NCBI GenBank assembly: GCA_050699055.1
Contig: JBOHCT010000001.1
Location: forward strand, 1 to 57,870
Direction of reading: 5' to 3'
From: Streptosporangiaceae bacterium
GTDB taxonomy: Bacteria; Actinomycetota; Actinomycetes; Streptosporangiales; JBOHCT01
DNA length: 57,870 nucleotides
Both the position numbers and the translations under genes were made by a program. The notes under the pieces are model-generated. The model saw only the letters and a program-made list of their open reading frames with translations. It was not told where the DNA came from and searched no databases. Numbering within the stretch: position 1 is the first letter of the stretch; each line of letters opens with the position of its first letter. Shown here one piece after another: positions 1 through 8,528 of this stretch.

Positions 1-22
1 GAGAAGCGAACGGGGTAAGACT

Positions 23-832
23 GTGAGCGACGCGCGCGAGGGTTCGCCGAGCGGGCGGAGAAGCGAACGGGGTAAGACTGTGGTGCTGGAGGTGCGGGGG
101 CTCGGCCGGAGATTCGGCGGGCTCGAGGCCCTCACCGGCGTGTCGTTCAGCGTCCCCGAGGGCGAGGTCCTCGGCGTGATCGGGCCGAACGGCGCGGGCA
201 AGAGTACATTCGTCAACCTGGTGACCGGCCACCTCAAGCCGACGGCCGGCCGGATCCTCGTCGACGGCAGGGACCTCACCGGCGCCAAGCCCTGGCGGGT
301 GGCGGGGGCGCGGGTGGCGCGGACGTTCCAGATCGTGAAGCCGTTCCGCGGGATGACCGTACGCGAGAACGTGGCGGTCGGCGCGCTCTACGGTCCGGGC
401 GGGGCGAAGACGACCACGCACGCCCTCTCCGCCGCCGACGGGGTGCTCGAGCGGGTGGGCCTCGCCGACAAGGCCGGGCAGTCGCCGGGGGAGCTCACCG
501 TCGCCGACGCGCGCCGGCTGGAGCTGGCGAAGGCGCTGGCACTGCGGCCGCGTCTGCTGCTGCTCGACGAGGTGATGGCGGGCCTTCGGCCCGGTGAGAT
601 CGAGCCGAGCCTGGAGCTGGTCCGGGGCCTCAGGGACGAGGGCGTGACGATCCTCGTCATCGAGCATGTGATGCGGGCGATCGTCGCGGTCAGCGACCGG
701 ATCCTGGTGCTGCACGAGGGCCGGGTGCTCACCGCGGGCCCGCCGCGCGAGGTGCTCGCCGACCAGCGGGTGGTCGAGGCGTACCTCGGGCACCGCTACG
801 CGAAGGGCGAGGAGACCGGCAATGATTCTTGA
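23..832 (+). CDS. livG: ABC transporter ATP-binding protein, LivG family (branched-chain amino acid/amide-type uptake)
   Basis: 269-aa ORF. LEVRGLGRRFGGLEAL N-terminus, Walker A GPNGAGKST, Walker B LLLLDEVMAGL, LivG-like C-terminal tail. True start may be GTG at 80/83 rather than 23. Confidence 0.85.
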   Translation: MSDAREGSPSGRRSERGKTVVLEVRGLGRRFGGLEALTGVSFSVPEGEVLGVIGPNGAGKSTFVNLVTGHLKPTAGRILVDGRDLTGAKPWRVAGARVARTFQIVKPFRGMTVRENVAVGALYGPGGAKTTTHALSAADGVLERVGLADKAGQSPGELTVADARRLELAKALALRPRLLLLDEVMAGLRPGEIEPSLELVRGLRDEGVTILVIEHVMRAIVAVSDRILVLHEGRVLTAGPPREVLADQRVVEAYLGHRYAKGEETGNDS

Positions 833-843
833 GGTGCGTTGGG

Positions 844-1536
844 ATGCTTGAGGTCCGCGGGCTCGAGGCGGCGTACGGCCGGGTCCAGGTGCTGTGGGGT
901 ATCGATCTGGACGTCGGCGCGGGCGAGGTCGTCGCGCTCGTGGGCCCCAACGGCGCGGGCAAGTCGACGACGCTGCGCGCGCTGTCCGGGATGATCCCGC
1001 TCCGCGGTGGCGCGGCCACGTTCGACGGCCGCGCCCTCAGCGGTCGCTCGATCGAGCGGATCGCCGCGATGGGCGTCGCGCACGTGCCGGAGGGGCGGCG
1101 CCTGTTCCCCGGCCTGTCCGTGCGTGACAACCTGCGTCTGGGGGGATGGCGCAACCGCGGCGGCGACGTCGACCGGGTGCTGGAGCTGTTCCCGCAGCTC
1201 CGGGAGAGGCTCGGGCAGCTCGCCGGCAGCCTGTCCGGCGGGGAGCAGCAGATGTGCGCGATCGCACGCGGGCTGATGGGCCGTCCCCGGCTGATGATGA
1301 TCGACGAGCTGTCGCTCGGCCTCGCGCCGGTGATCATCGAGGAGATCATGGCCAGGCTGCCGCGGATCACCGCCGACGGCACGGCCGTCCTGCTCGTGGA
1401 GCAGGACGTCGACGTCGCGCTGTCTGTGGCGTCGCACGCGTACGTGCTGGAGACAGGGCGCGTCGTGCTCAGCGGGAACGCCGCCGAACTGCGCAGCGAC
1501 CGGCGCGTGCGGGAGTCCTACCTGGGGCTCGCCTGA
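844..1536 (+). CDS. livF: ABC transporter ATP-binding protein, LivF family
   Basis: MLEVRGLEAAYGRVQVLWGIDLDV, Walker A GPNGAGKST, VPEGRRLFPGLSVRDNL, LSGGEQQM. Follows the livG stop by 11 nt. The ORF track starts at 829; ATG 844 is preferred. Confidence 0.85.
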   Translation: MLEVRGLEAAYGRVQVLWGIDLDVGAGEVVALVGPNGAGKSTTLRALSGMIPLRGGAATFDGRALSGRSIERIAAMGVAHVPEGRRLFPGLSVRDNLRLGGWRNRGGDVDRVLELFPQLRERLGQLAGSLSGGEQQMCAIARGLMGRPRLMMIDELSLGLAPVIIEEIMARLPRITADGTAVLLVEQDVDVALSVASHAYVLETGRVVLSGNAAELRSDRRVRESYLGLA

Positions 1537-1583
1537 GCGTCGTGCCGTGGTGCCCAGGGTTCGTTCGTCTCATACGTGCCGTA

Positions 1584-1612
1584 TTGACACGGTCTGTGGG
1601 TCCAGTTACTGT
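1584..1612 (+). promoter_or_regulatory. Candidate sigma70-type promoter TTGACA-N17-TACTGT for the 1732-9929 operon
   Basis: TTGACA at 1584-1589, 17-nt spacer, TACTGT at 1607-1612. Lies in an AT-rich island unusual for this GC content, about 120 nt upstream of the MFS start. Confidence 0.5.
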
Positions 1613-1679
1613 ACAAAATATTTCAGGTATTGGATACTTTAAGTACTCGTGTTGTTACGCCTCGGAATGAACGGGTCGC

Positions 1680-1709
1680 GGCCGGGTGATCCTGCGGGAT
1701 CACCCGGCC
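1680..1709 (+). promoter_or_regulatory. Perfect 13-bp stem / 4-nt loop hairpin in the leader of the MFS operon
   Basis: ggccgggtgatcc-tgcg-ggatcacccggcc read directly. 22 nt upstream of ATG 1732. No U-tract. Confidence 0.45.
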
Positions 1710-1731
1710 CACGAGCATCGGAGTACTCGCC

Positions 1732-3192
1732 ATGGCCGCAGAAGGTAACCGTCCTCCCTCCGCCGCCGACCCGGGCGACGGCCGTCGACCCGCGGAATCT
1801 TCTTCTCCGTCCTCCGCTGCGGCGTCTTCTTCCGGGGAGGCCGACGGCGCGCGCCTCCGCGTCAGCCGAAGGGACGTCAGGTACGCGTCGCTGGTGGCGT
1901 TCCTCGCGTGGGTCTTCGCGGTGTACGACTACATCACCTTCGGCACGCTTCTCCCCGCGATCGCCGCGCACTTCGGCTGGTCGACGGCGTACAGCACGTT
2001 CATCGCGACCCTCGTGTCCGTCGTGGTCTTCATCGCGGCGCTGACCGTCGGCCCGATGATCGACTGGCTCGGGCGCGCGAGGTCGCTGGTCGTGGTCACG
2101 ATCGGCGCCGCGATCAGCTCGTTCTTCACGGGTCTCACGTTCTCCGCCTGGTGGCTCGTACTGGTGCGGACCTTCTCCGGATGGGGCTACTCGGAGCAGG
2201 CGGTCAACGCCACCTACCTGAATGAGCTGTACGACAGCGCCGAGGACAGGGAGGAGCGCAGCAAGAGCAAGGGGCGGACCTACAGCTATATCCAGGGCGG
2301 CTGGCCGGTCGGGGTGCTGTTCGCCTCCGGCATGGCGGCGGCCCTGCTGCCGGTCGTCGGGTGGCGCGGGGTGTTCCTTATCGCGACGTTCCCGGCGATC
2401 GTCATCGCGATCATGGGTACCCGCCTGAAGGACACCCCGCAGTTCGCCCGCATGAAGGAGGCCCGCCGGTTGCAGCGCGAGGGCCAGCGCGAGGAGGCCA
2501 GGCGCTTCGCAGCGGAGCACGGTGTCGTCCTCGCGGAGGGCGGGCGCGCCGGGCGGTTCCCGATGCTGCAGCTCTTCGAGCTCGGCCAGCGGAAGCACAC
2601 GGTCTTCCTCTGCCTCGGGTTCCTGCTGAACTGGTTCGGCGTGCAGGTGTTCTCCGTGCTGGGGACGACGGTGCTGCTCGAGTCCCACGGGATCAGCCTC
2701 GGCAGCAGCCTCGTCATCCTGATCGTGTCGAACGCGGTCGCGTTCGTCGGCTACGTCGTCCACGGCGTCGTCGGCGACAAGATCGGGCGCAGGGAGACGA
2801 TCGGCCTTGGCTGGCTGCTCTCCGGCATCTGTTACGCGCTGATGCTGTTCGTGGTCCACGGTTACTTCGGCGTGTTCATCTTCTACACGCTCGGCCTGTT
2901 CTTCCTCATTGGTCCGTACTCCGCTTTGCTGTTCTACATGGGCGAGTCGTACCCGACACGGATGCGCGGCTCCGGCACCGCGCTCGCGAACGCCATGGGG
3001 CCGATCGGCGCGATCTTCGGCAGCGCCGTGCTGACTGCTCTCCTCGACACCGGGTTCGGCATGGCAGTGAGCGCGGCGGTCGCCGGAGCGCTGGCGATCT
3101 TCATCTCCGGCTTCCTGATCTTCGGGGCCCGCAGGGTACGGCCGGGAGCACCGCCTATCGACGACGTCGCGCCGGCGGCCGCGACATCGTGA
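1732..3192 (+). CDS. MFS transporter
   Basis: 486-aa ORF with about 12 hydrophobic segments and a central cytoplasmic loop rich in R/E. Low-complexity N-terminal tail. Confidence 0.8.
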   Translation: MAAEGNRPPSAADPGDGRRPAESSSPSSAAASSSGEADGARLRVSRRDVRYASLVAFLAWVFAVYDYITFGTLLPAIAAHFGWSTAYSTFIATLVSVVVFIAALTVGPMIDWLGRARSLVVVTIGAAISSFFTGLTFSAWWLVLVRTFSGWGYSEQAVNATYLNELYDSAEDREERSKSKGRTYSYIQGGWPVGVLFASGMAAALLPVVGWRGVFLIATFPAIVIAIMGTRLKDTPQFARMKEARRLQREGQREEARRFAAEHGVVLAEGGRAGRFPMLQLFELGQRKHTVFLCLGFLLNWFGVQVFSVLGTTVLLESHGISLGSSLVILIVSNAVAFVGYVVHGVVGDKIGRRETIGLGWLLSGICYALMLFVVHGYFGVFIFYTLGLFFLIGPYSALLFYMGESYPTRMRGSGTALANAMGPIGAIFGSAVLTALLDTGFGMAVSAAVAGALAIFISGFLIFGARRVRPGAPPIDDVAPAAATS

Positions 3193-3197
3193 CGACA

Positions 3198-3881
3198 ATG
3201 GTGAGTGGGGACCACATGGCGGAAGACACGCGGCGGATCTACGAGCGGGCTGGGTTCGGTGGGGCGGTCGAGCCCGGTCGGACGCCGGCCCTGCTCGTCG
3301 TCGACTTCAGTCGCGGCTTCACCGACGCCGATAGCCCGCTGGGCTCGGACATGAGCGCCGAGGTGGAGGCCACCCGACGCGTACTGGGCGCGGCCCGCGA
3401 GGTGGGGACGCTCGTCGCTTTCACCAGCATCGCCTACGAGCAGAGCCTGCGGGACGGCGGCGCTTGGCTGCGCAAGGTGCCGAGCCTCGGCCAGCTGACC
3501 GTGGGCTCGCGCTGGGTGGAGCTGGACCCCCGCCTGGGTCGGCGACCCGACGAGCCGATCGTCTACAAGCGGGGGGCGTCGGCGTTCTTCGGCACCCACC
3601 TCGCGGGCCTGCTGGTCGCGGGGCAGGTGGACACGGTCATCGTCACGGGCGCCACGACGTCCGGCTGCGTCCGCGCCTCGGTGGTCGACGCCGTGCAGCA
3701 CGGCTTCCAGACACTCGTGATCCGCGACTGCGTCGGCGATCGCGCCGTGGGTCCGCACGAGGCCAACCTGTTCGACATGGCCGCGAAGTACGCGGACCTC
3801 GTGTCCGCGGAGGAGGCGATGGGGTACCTCCGCAGTGAGAGGGCAGTCGGCTCGCACGCCAGCGGCAGGACACGGACGTAA
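3198..3881 (+). CDS. Isochorismatase-family cysteine hydrolase (N-carbamoylsarcosine amidase / RutB-like amidase)
   Basis: C-terminal part of ORF 2361-3881. D-K-C catalytic pattern: [40 protein letters not shown]. Start ATG 3198 or 3216, 6 nt after the MFS stop. Confidence 0.8.
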   Translation: MVSGDHMAEDTRRIYERAGFGGAVEPGRTPALLVVDFSRGFTDADSPLGSDMSAEVEATRRVLGAAREVGTLVAFTSIAYEQSLRDGGAWLRKVPSLGQLTVGSRWVELDPRLGRRPDEPIVYKRGASAFFGTHLAGLLVAGQVDTVIVTGATTSGCVRASVVDAVQHGFQTLVIRDCVGDRAVGPHEANLFDMAAKYADLVSAEEAMGYLRSERAVGSHASGRTRT

Positions 3882-3894
3882 GGGAGGACACAGC

Positions 3895-4773
3895 ATGGCG
3901 AAGGACATCAAGGTCGTCTACGGGGTCGACATCGACGCGGTCGGCGGTTGGCTCGGTTCGTACGGCGGGGAGGACTCGCCCAATGACATCCAGCGCGGCA
4001 TGTTCGCCGGTGAGGTCGGTGTGCCGCGGATGCTGGAGATGTTCAAGCGGTACGACATTCCGGCGAGCTGGTTCATCCCCGGCCACTCGGTCGAGACGTT
4101 CCCCGACCAGGTCAAGATGATCGTCGATGCCGGACACGAGATCGGCGCGCACGGCTACTCCCACGAGAACCCGATCGCGATGTCGGCCAAGCAGGAGGAG
4201 GACGTCCTCAACCGCTCGATCGAGCTGATCGAGAAGGCCAGTGGCAGGCGGCCGCGCGGCTACGTCGCGCCGTGGTGGGAGATGTCGGCGAACACCGCCT
4301 CGCTGCTGCTGAAGAACGGCTTCACCTACGACCACAGCCAGAGCTACCACGACTTCCTGCCGTTCTACGCGCGCGTCGGCGACACCTGGACGAAGATCGA
4401 CTACTCCAAGGAGGCCGCCGCGTGGATGAAGCCGCTGGATCGGGGCGAGCCGATCGATCTCGTCGAGATCGGCGCGAACTGGTACGTCGACGACCTCCCG
4501 CCGATGATGTTCATCAAGGGCAACCCGAACAGCCACGGCTTCGTCAACCCGCATGACATCGAGGAGCTGTGGCGCGACCAGTTCGACTGGGTGTACCGCG
4601 AGATGGACTACGCGGTGTTCGCGATGACCGTGCACCCCGACGTCAGCGGCCGCCCGCAGGTGCTGATGATGCACGAGCGGCTCATCCGGTACTTCAGCGG
4701 CTTTCCGGGTGTGAGCTGGGTGACGATGGAAGAGGCCGCCGACGACTTCCGTCGGCGTCATCCCTTCGGGTAG
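3895..4773 (+). CDS. Polysaccharide deacetylase-fold (NodB-like) hydrolase
   Basis: [44 protein letters not shown] metal-binding pattern. ATG 3895 lies within ORF 3835-4773. Confidence 0.7.
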   Translation: MAKDIKVVYGVDIDAVGGWLGSYGGEDSPNDIQRGMFAGEVGVPRMLEMFKRYDIPASWFIPGHSVETFPDQVKMIVDAGHEIGAHGYSHENPIAMSAKQEEDVLNRSIELIEKASGRRPRGYVAPWWEMSANTASLLLKNGFTYDHSQSYHDFLPFYARVGDTWTKIDYSKEAAAWMKPLDRGEPIDLVEIGANWYVDDLPPMMFIKGNPNSHGFVNPHDIEELWRDQFDWVYREMDYAVFAMTVHPDVSGRPQVLMMHERLIRYFSGFPGVSWVTMEEAADDFRRRHPFG

Positions 4774-4866
4774 CGGCGCTGAACGGGTTATCGGGCCCTC
4801 GGTGCGGGTGCCGCGATCGGTCGGTGCGCGGTACCCGGCCCTGCTCGCGGTTGAAGGGACGTCGGC

Positions 4867-6453
4867 ATGCCTGACCTGTTGATCACCGGTGGCACGGTGG
4901 TGGACGGCACCGGGAGCCCTGGGTATCCGGCGACGGTCGCGGTCGAGGGCGACCGGGTGCGGATCGTCCGGGGCAACGGTGAGCTTCCCCCCGCGGGGCG
5001 GGTCGTCGACGCGAGCGGGCTGGTGGTGGCGCCGGGCTTCATCGATATGCACTCCCATTCGGGGCTGATGATCTTCGACGAGCCGACGCATCTGCCGAAG
5101 GTGTCCCAGGGGGTGACGACGGAGCTGATCGGGGTGGATGGGTGCTCGTACGTTCCGTTCACCGACGCGGGGGAGCTGCGGCGGTTCGTGACGTTCAACG
5201 CCGGGCTGGATGGCTGTCCGGAGCTGGCGTACGACTGGGACACCGTGGAGAGCTTCCTCACCCGGTTCGACGGGGCCGTCTCCGTCAACATCGCGTGCCT
5301 GGTCGGCAACTCCGCGCTGCGGATCGCGGCGCTCGGCTGGGACCAGGTGGCGGCCGACGGGCGGGCCGTGGCGGACATGCGGTCGATGCTGCGGGAGGCG
5401 ATCGAGGAGGGGGCGTTCGGGCTGTCGACCGGGTTGGACTACCCGCCGGGCAGCTACGCGTCCACCGAGGAGCTGGGTGAGCTGTGCAGGGAGCCGGCGC
5501 GGGTCGGTGGGCTGTACCACACGCACGTGCGGTACTGGATGGGCGATAAGTTCCTCGACCCGTTCCGTGAGGCGTTCCAGATCGCCCGGATGGGCGGCTG
5601 CCCGCTGCACATCACGCACTTCTACCGCAAGGCCGCCTACCCGCACGGCTCCGGGGTGATGCTCGACCTGGTGGAGGGGGAGGTCGACCGGGGCGCGGAC
5701 GTGACGTTCGACGGGTACCCGTACGAGTGGAGCAGCACCCGGCTGTCGATCTTCCTGCCGCAGTGGATCCAGGCCGGCGGGCCGGAGGCGACGCTCGAGC
5801 GGCTGGCCGACGCCGGCTGCCGGGAGCGGTTCAAGGCCGAGCTGGCCGACACCGACGCCGACGACACGTGGCGGGCGTTCCACGACTGGGTGCGGGTCGG
5901 CTACTTCGCCAGGTCGGAGAACCGCCGCTACGAGAACATGACCATGGGCGCGATCGCCCGCCAGCGTGGCCAGGACGTGGTCGACGCGTTCTTCGACCTG
6001 CTGGTCGAGGAGAGGCTGCGGATCACCGAGGTCCACCCAGGACCGACCGGGCCGACGCTGGCGAAGTTCTTCCAGCACCGGCTCGGCATGGTCGGCACCG
6101 ACTCGGTGTTCATCGGCGACAGGCCCAGCCCGCGGACGTACGGGTCGTTCCCGCGCATCCTCGGGGAGTTCGTCCGCGAGGAGTCGTTCCTCTCCCTGCC
6201 CGAGGCGGTCCGCAAGTTCACCTCTTTCCCGGCGCAGCGGCTCGGCCTGCCCGACCGTGGCATCCTGCGCGACGGGTTCGCCGCCGACATCACCGTCTTC
6301 GACCCCGAGCGGGTGCGCGCCGTCGCCACCTACGACCGGCCACGCCAGCAGTCCGTCGGCGTCGAGTACGTCATCGTCGGCGGCACCGTCGTCCTCGATC
6401 GCGGCAAGCACACCGGAGCCCTGCCCGGACGATCGCTGCGGCGGGGGCGGTGA
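4867..6453 (+). CDS. N-acyl-D-amino-acid deacylase (D-aminoacylase) family amidohydrolase
   Basis: 528 aa. DLLITGGTVVDGTG...VAPGFIDMHSHS N-terminal amidohydrolase signature. Family-typical length. Confidence 0.75.
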   Translation: MPDLLITGGTVVDGTGSPGYPATVAVEGDRVRIVRGNGELPPAGRVVDASGLVVAPGFIDMHSHSGLMIFDEPTHLPKVSQGVTTELIGVDGCSYVPFTDAGELRRFVTFNAGLDGCPELAYDWDTVESFLTRFDGAVSVNIACLVGNSALRIAALGWDQVAADGRAVADMRSMLREAIEEGAFGLSTGLDYPPGSYASTEELGELCREPARVGGLYHTHVRYWMGDKFLDPFREAFQIARMGGCPLHITHFYRKAAYPHGSGVMLDLVEGEVDRGADVTFDGYPYEWSSTRLSIFLPQWIQAGGPEATLERLADAGCRERFKAELADTDADDTWRAFHDWVRVGYFARSENRRYENMTMGAIARQRGQDVVDAFFDLLVEERLRITEVHPGPTGPTLAKFFQHRLGMVGTDSVFIGDRPSPRTYGSFPRILGEFVREESFLSLPEAVRKFTSFPAQRLGLPDRGILRDGFAADITVFDPERVRAVATYDRPRQQSVGVEYVIVGGTVVLDRGKHTGALPGRSLRRGR

Positions 6454-6459
6454 CGGCCC

Positions 6460-7221
6460 GTGGGTTCGCTCGACGGGAAACTGGCGGGAAAGGCCGCGGT
6501 CGTCACGGGGGCGGCCAGCGGCATCGGGGCGGCGGTCGCCGTCGCGTACGCGGCGGAGGGCGCGACGCTTTTGCTCGCGGACCGCGACCGGGCGAGGGCC
6601 GAGGCGACGGCGGAGCGGTGTCGGGGCACCGGGGCGAAGGCCGTGGCCCGCGAGGTGGACGTCACCGATGAGCGCTCCACCCGCGACATGGTCGGGGATG
6701 CGATCGCGGAGCTGGGCGCCGTCCACGTGCTCGTCAACTGCGCCGGCATCCTCACCGAGGTTCCCCTGGTCGAGATGGACGTGGCGACCTGGGACGAGAT
6801 GATCGCCACCGACCTGCGCAGCGTGTTCCTCTGCTGCCGGTGGGCGGTGCCGCACATGGTCGAGCGGCGGTGGGGCCGGGTGGTCAACATCGCCAGCCAG
6901 CTCGGCATCAAGGGCGGTGAGAGCCTTGTCCACTACTCGGCGGCCAAGGCCGGCGTGATCGGCCTGACCAAGGCGCTCGCCAGGGAGGTGGCGCCCTACG
7001 GCGTGCTGGTCAACGCGATCGCCCCTGGCCCGATCGAGACGCCGCTGACCGCGGGGATCAGCGACGAGTGGCGCGCGGCCAAGCGGGCGGAGCTGCCGCT
7101 CGGCCGGTTCGGCGTCCCCAAGGAGGTCGCGCCTACCGCCGTGCTGTTGGCGAGCGACCCCGGCGGGAACCTCTACGTGGGGCAGACCCTCGGCCCGAAC
7201 AGCGGCGACGTGATGCCGTGA
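6460..7221 (+). CDS. SDR-family oxidoreductase (FabG-like)
   Basis: TGAASGIGAA cofactor motif, NCAG, YSAAK active-site motif. 253 aa. Confidence 0.85.
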   Translation: MGSLDGKLAGKAAVVTGAASGIGAAVAVAYAAEGATLLLADRDRARAEATAERCRGTGAKAVAREVDVTDERSTRDMVGDAIAELGAVHVLVNCAGILTEVPLVEMDVATWDEMIATDLRSVFLCCRWAVPHMVERRWGRVVNIASQLGIKGGESLVHYSAAKAGVIGLTKALAREVAPYGVLVNAIAPGPIETPLTAGISDEWRAAKRAELPLGRFGVPKEVAPTAVLLASDPGGNLYVGQTLGPNSGDVMP

Positions 7222-7234
7222 AGGGGGTGCGGGT

Positions 7235-8497
7235 GTGGCACGGTACGTGAGCATCGACCGGGACCGCAGCGCGGAGCGGATCGGCCGCGACATCGACACG
7301 CTCGGCGGAGCGGCGTACACCTCGTCGCCCCGCGCGATCCGCCGGTACGCCTACATTGGGGAGTACCGGGCCACGCTGGACTTCTTCGTCACGCGGCTCC
7401 GGAGCCTCGGCTTCGGGGTGGACGAGGATCCGGTCGGCAACCTGGTGGCGCGCAACCGGCCGCACGGCGAGCCGGTCTTCGGGATCGGGTCGCACTGCGA
7501 CTCCAACCGCAACGGGGGCAGGTACGACGGCACGATGGGCGTGGTCACCGCGCTCGAGGTGTGCCGGCTGAACGCCGAGCTCGGCCTCGACCTTCCGCTG
7601 CAGCTGATCTCGTTCCTGGAGGAGGAGGCGTCCGGCTTCGGTCAGCTCCTGCTCGGCAGCCGGATCATGGCCGGCCGGGTCGACGAGGCCGAGCTGCGTG
7701 AGCGATCACGTGCGATTGACGACGGCCGGACCTTCTGGGAGCACGCGAAGGAGGCTGGGTACGAACCGGCGCGGTGGCGGGAGTCCGCGCGGGCGCTGGA
7801 CGACCTCGTCGGCTGGATCGAACTGCACATCGAGCAGGGCAGGGTGCTGCAGGACACCGGGGACCGCATCGGGATCGTCGGCTCGATCGCGGGGTGCCGG
7901 CACGGTGACGTCGAGGTACGCGGGCGCGCCGACCACGCCGGCGCCACCCCGATGGATGCCCGGCAAGATGCGAGCACGGTCGTGGCTGAATGCGTCCTGG
8001 AGCTCGAGCGGCTGGCCCGCGAGGCGTCGCGTACCGCCCCGACCGTCGGGACGGTCGGCGACATCGCGCTGGACCCGGGCATCATCAACGTCGTCCCAGG
8101 GCGGGCGGGCTTCACAATGGACATCCGCGGGGTCGCCGACGAGGTGTTCCGCGGCGTGTTCGACGACATCGCGGCCTTCGCCCGCGGCGCCGCGCGGCGG
8201 CGGGGGATGACCGCCGAGGTCCGCGAGCGGCAGCTCGTCCCGGCCACCCCCATGGACGAGCGGGTCATGGGCGCGATCGAGGACGCGGTACACACGGCCG
8301 GCGAACCGTACCGCACCATGCATTCAGGCGCGGCTCACGACACGATGTGCGTCGCCGACCGCGTTCCGACCGGCATGATCTTCGTGCCGTGCAGGGACGG
8401 GCTCAGCCATGTGCCGGAGGAGGACGCCGACCCCGCCGACGCGGCCGTCGGCGCGGAGGTGATGCTGAACGCCATCGCCGCGCTCACCGGCGGGTGA
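7235..8497 (+). CDS. M20-family amidase (N-carbamoyl-L-amino-acid hydrolase / allantoate amidohydrolase type)
   Basis: 420 aa. GSHCDSNRNGGRYDGTMGVVTALEV, ELHIEQG, GAAHD motifs typical of AmaB/AllC-type Zn hydrolases. Confidence 0.8.
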   Translation: MARYVSIDRDRSAERIGRDIDTLGGAAYTSSPRAIRRYAYIGEYRATLDFFVTRLRSLGFGVDEDPVGNLVARNRPHGEPVFGIGSHCDSNRNGGRYDGTMGVVTALEVCRLNAELGLDLPLQLISFLEEEASGFGQLLLGSRIMAGRVDEAELRERSRAIDDGRTFWEHAKEAGYEPARWRESARALDDLVGWIELHIEQGRVLQDTGDRIGIVGSIAGCRHGDVEVRGRADHAGATPMDARQDASTVVAECVLELERLAREASRTAPTVGTVGDIALDPGIINVVPGRAGFTMDIRGVADEVFRGVFDDIAAFARGAARRRGMTAEVRERQLVPATPMDERVMGAIEDAVHTAGEPYRTMHSGAAHDTMCVADRVPTGMIFVPCRDGLSHVPEEDADPADAAVGAEVMLNAIAALTGG

Positions 8498-8528
8498 CCG
8501 CGAGGTCGAGACACGAGGAGGCACCGAC

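Noticed and set aside
2361-3197. N-terminal 279-codon extension of the isochorismatase-like ORF (track ORF 2361-3881)
   Set aside because: It overlaps the MFS transporter in another frame and is compositionally non-protein-like. Family homology begins only after ATG 3198/3216.
3643-7320. 1225-aa ORF on the minus strand spanning four plus-strand genes
   Set aside because: The translation is Arg/Pro/Gly/His/Asp-rich with no recognisable motif. It lies antisense to four ORFs that each have clear family signatures. This is the typical stop-codon-poor shadow frame of high-GC DNA.
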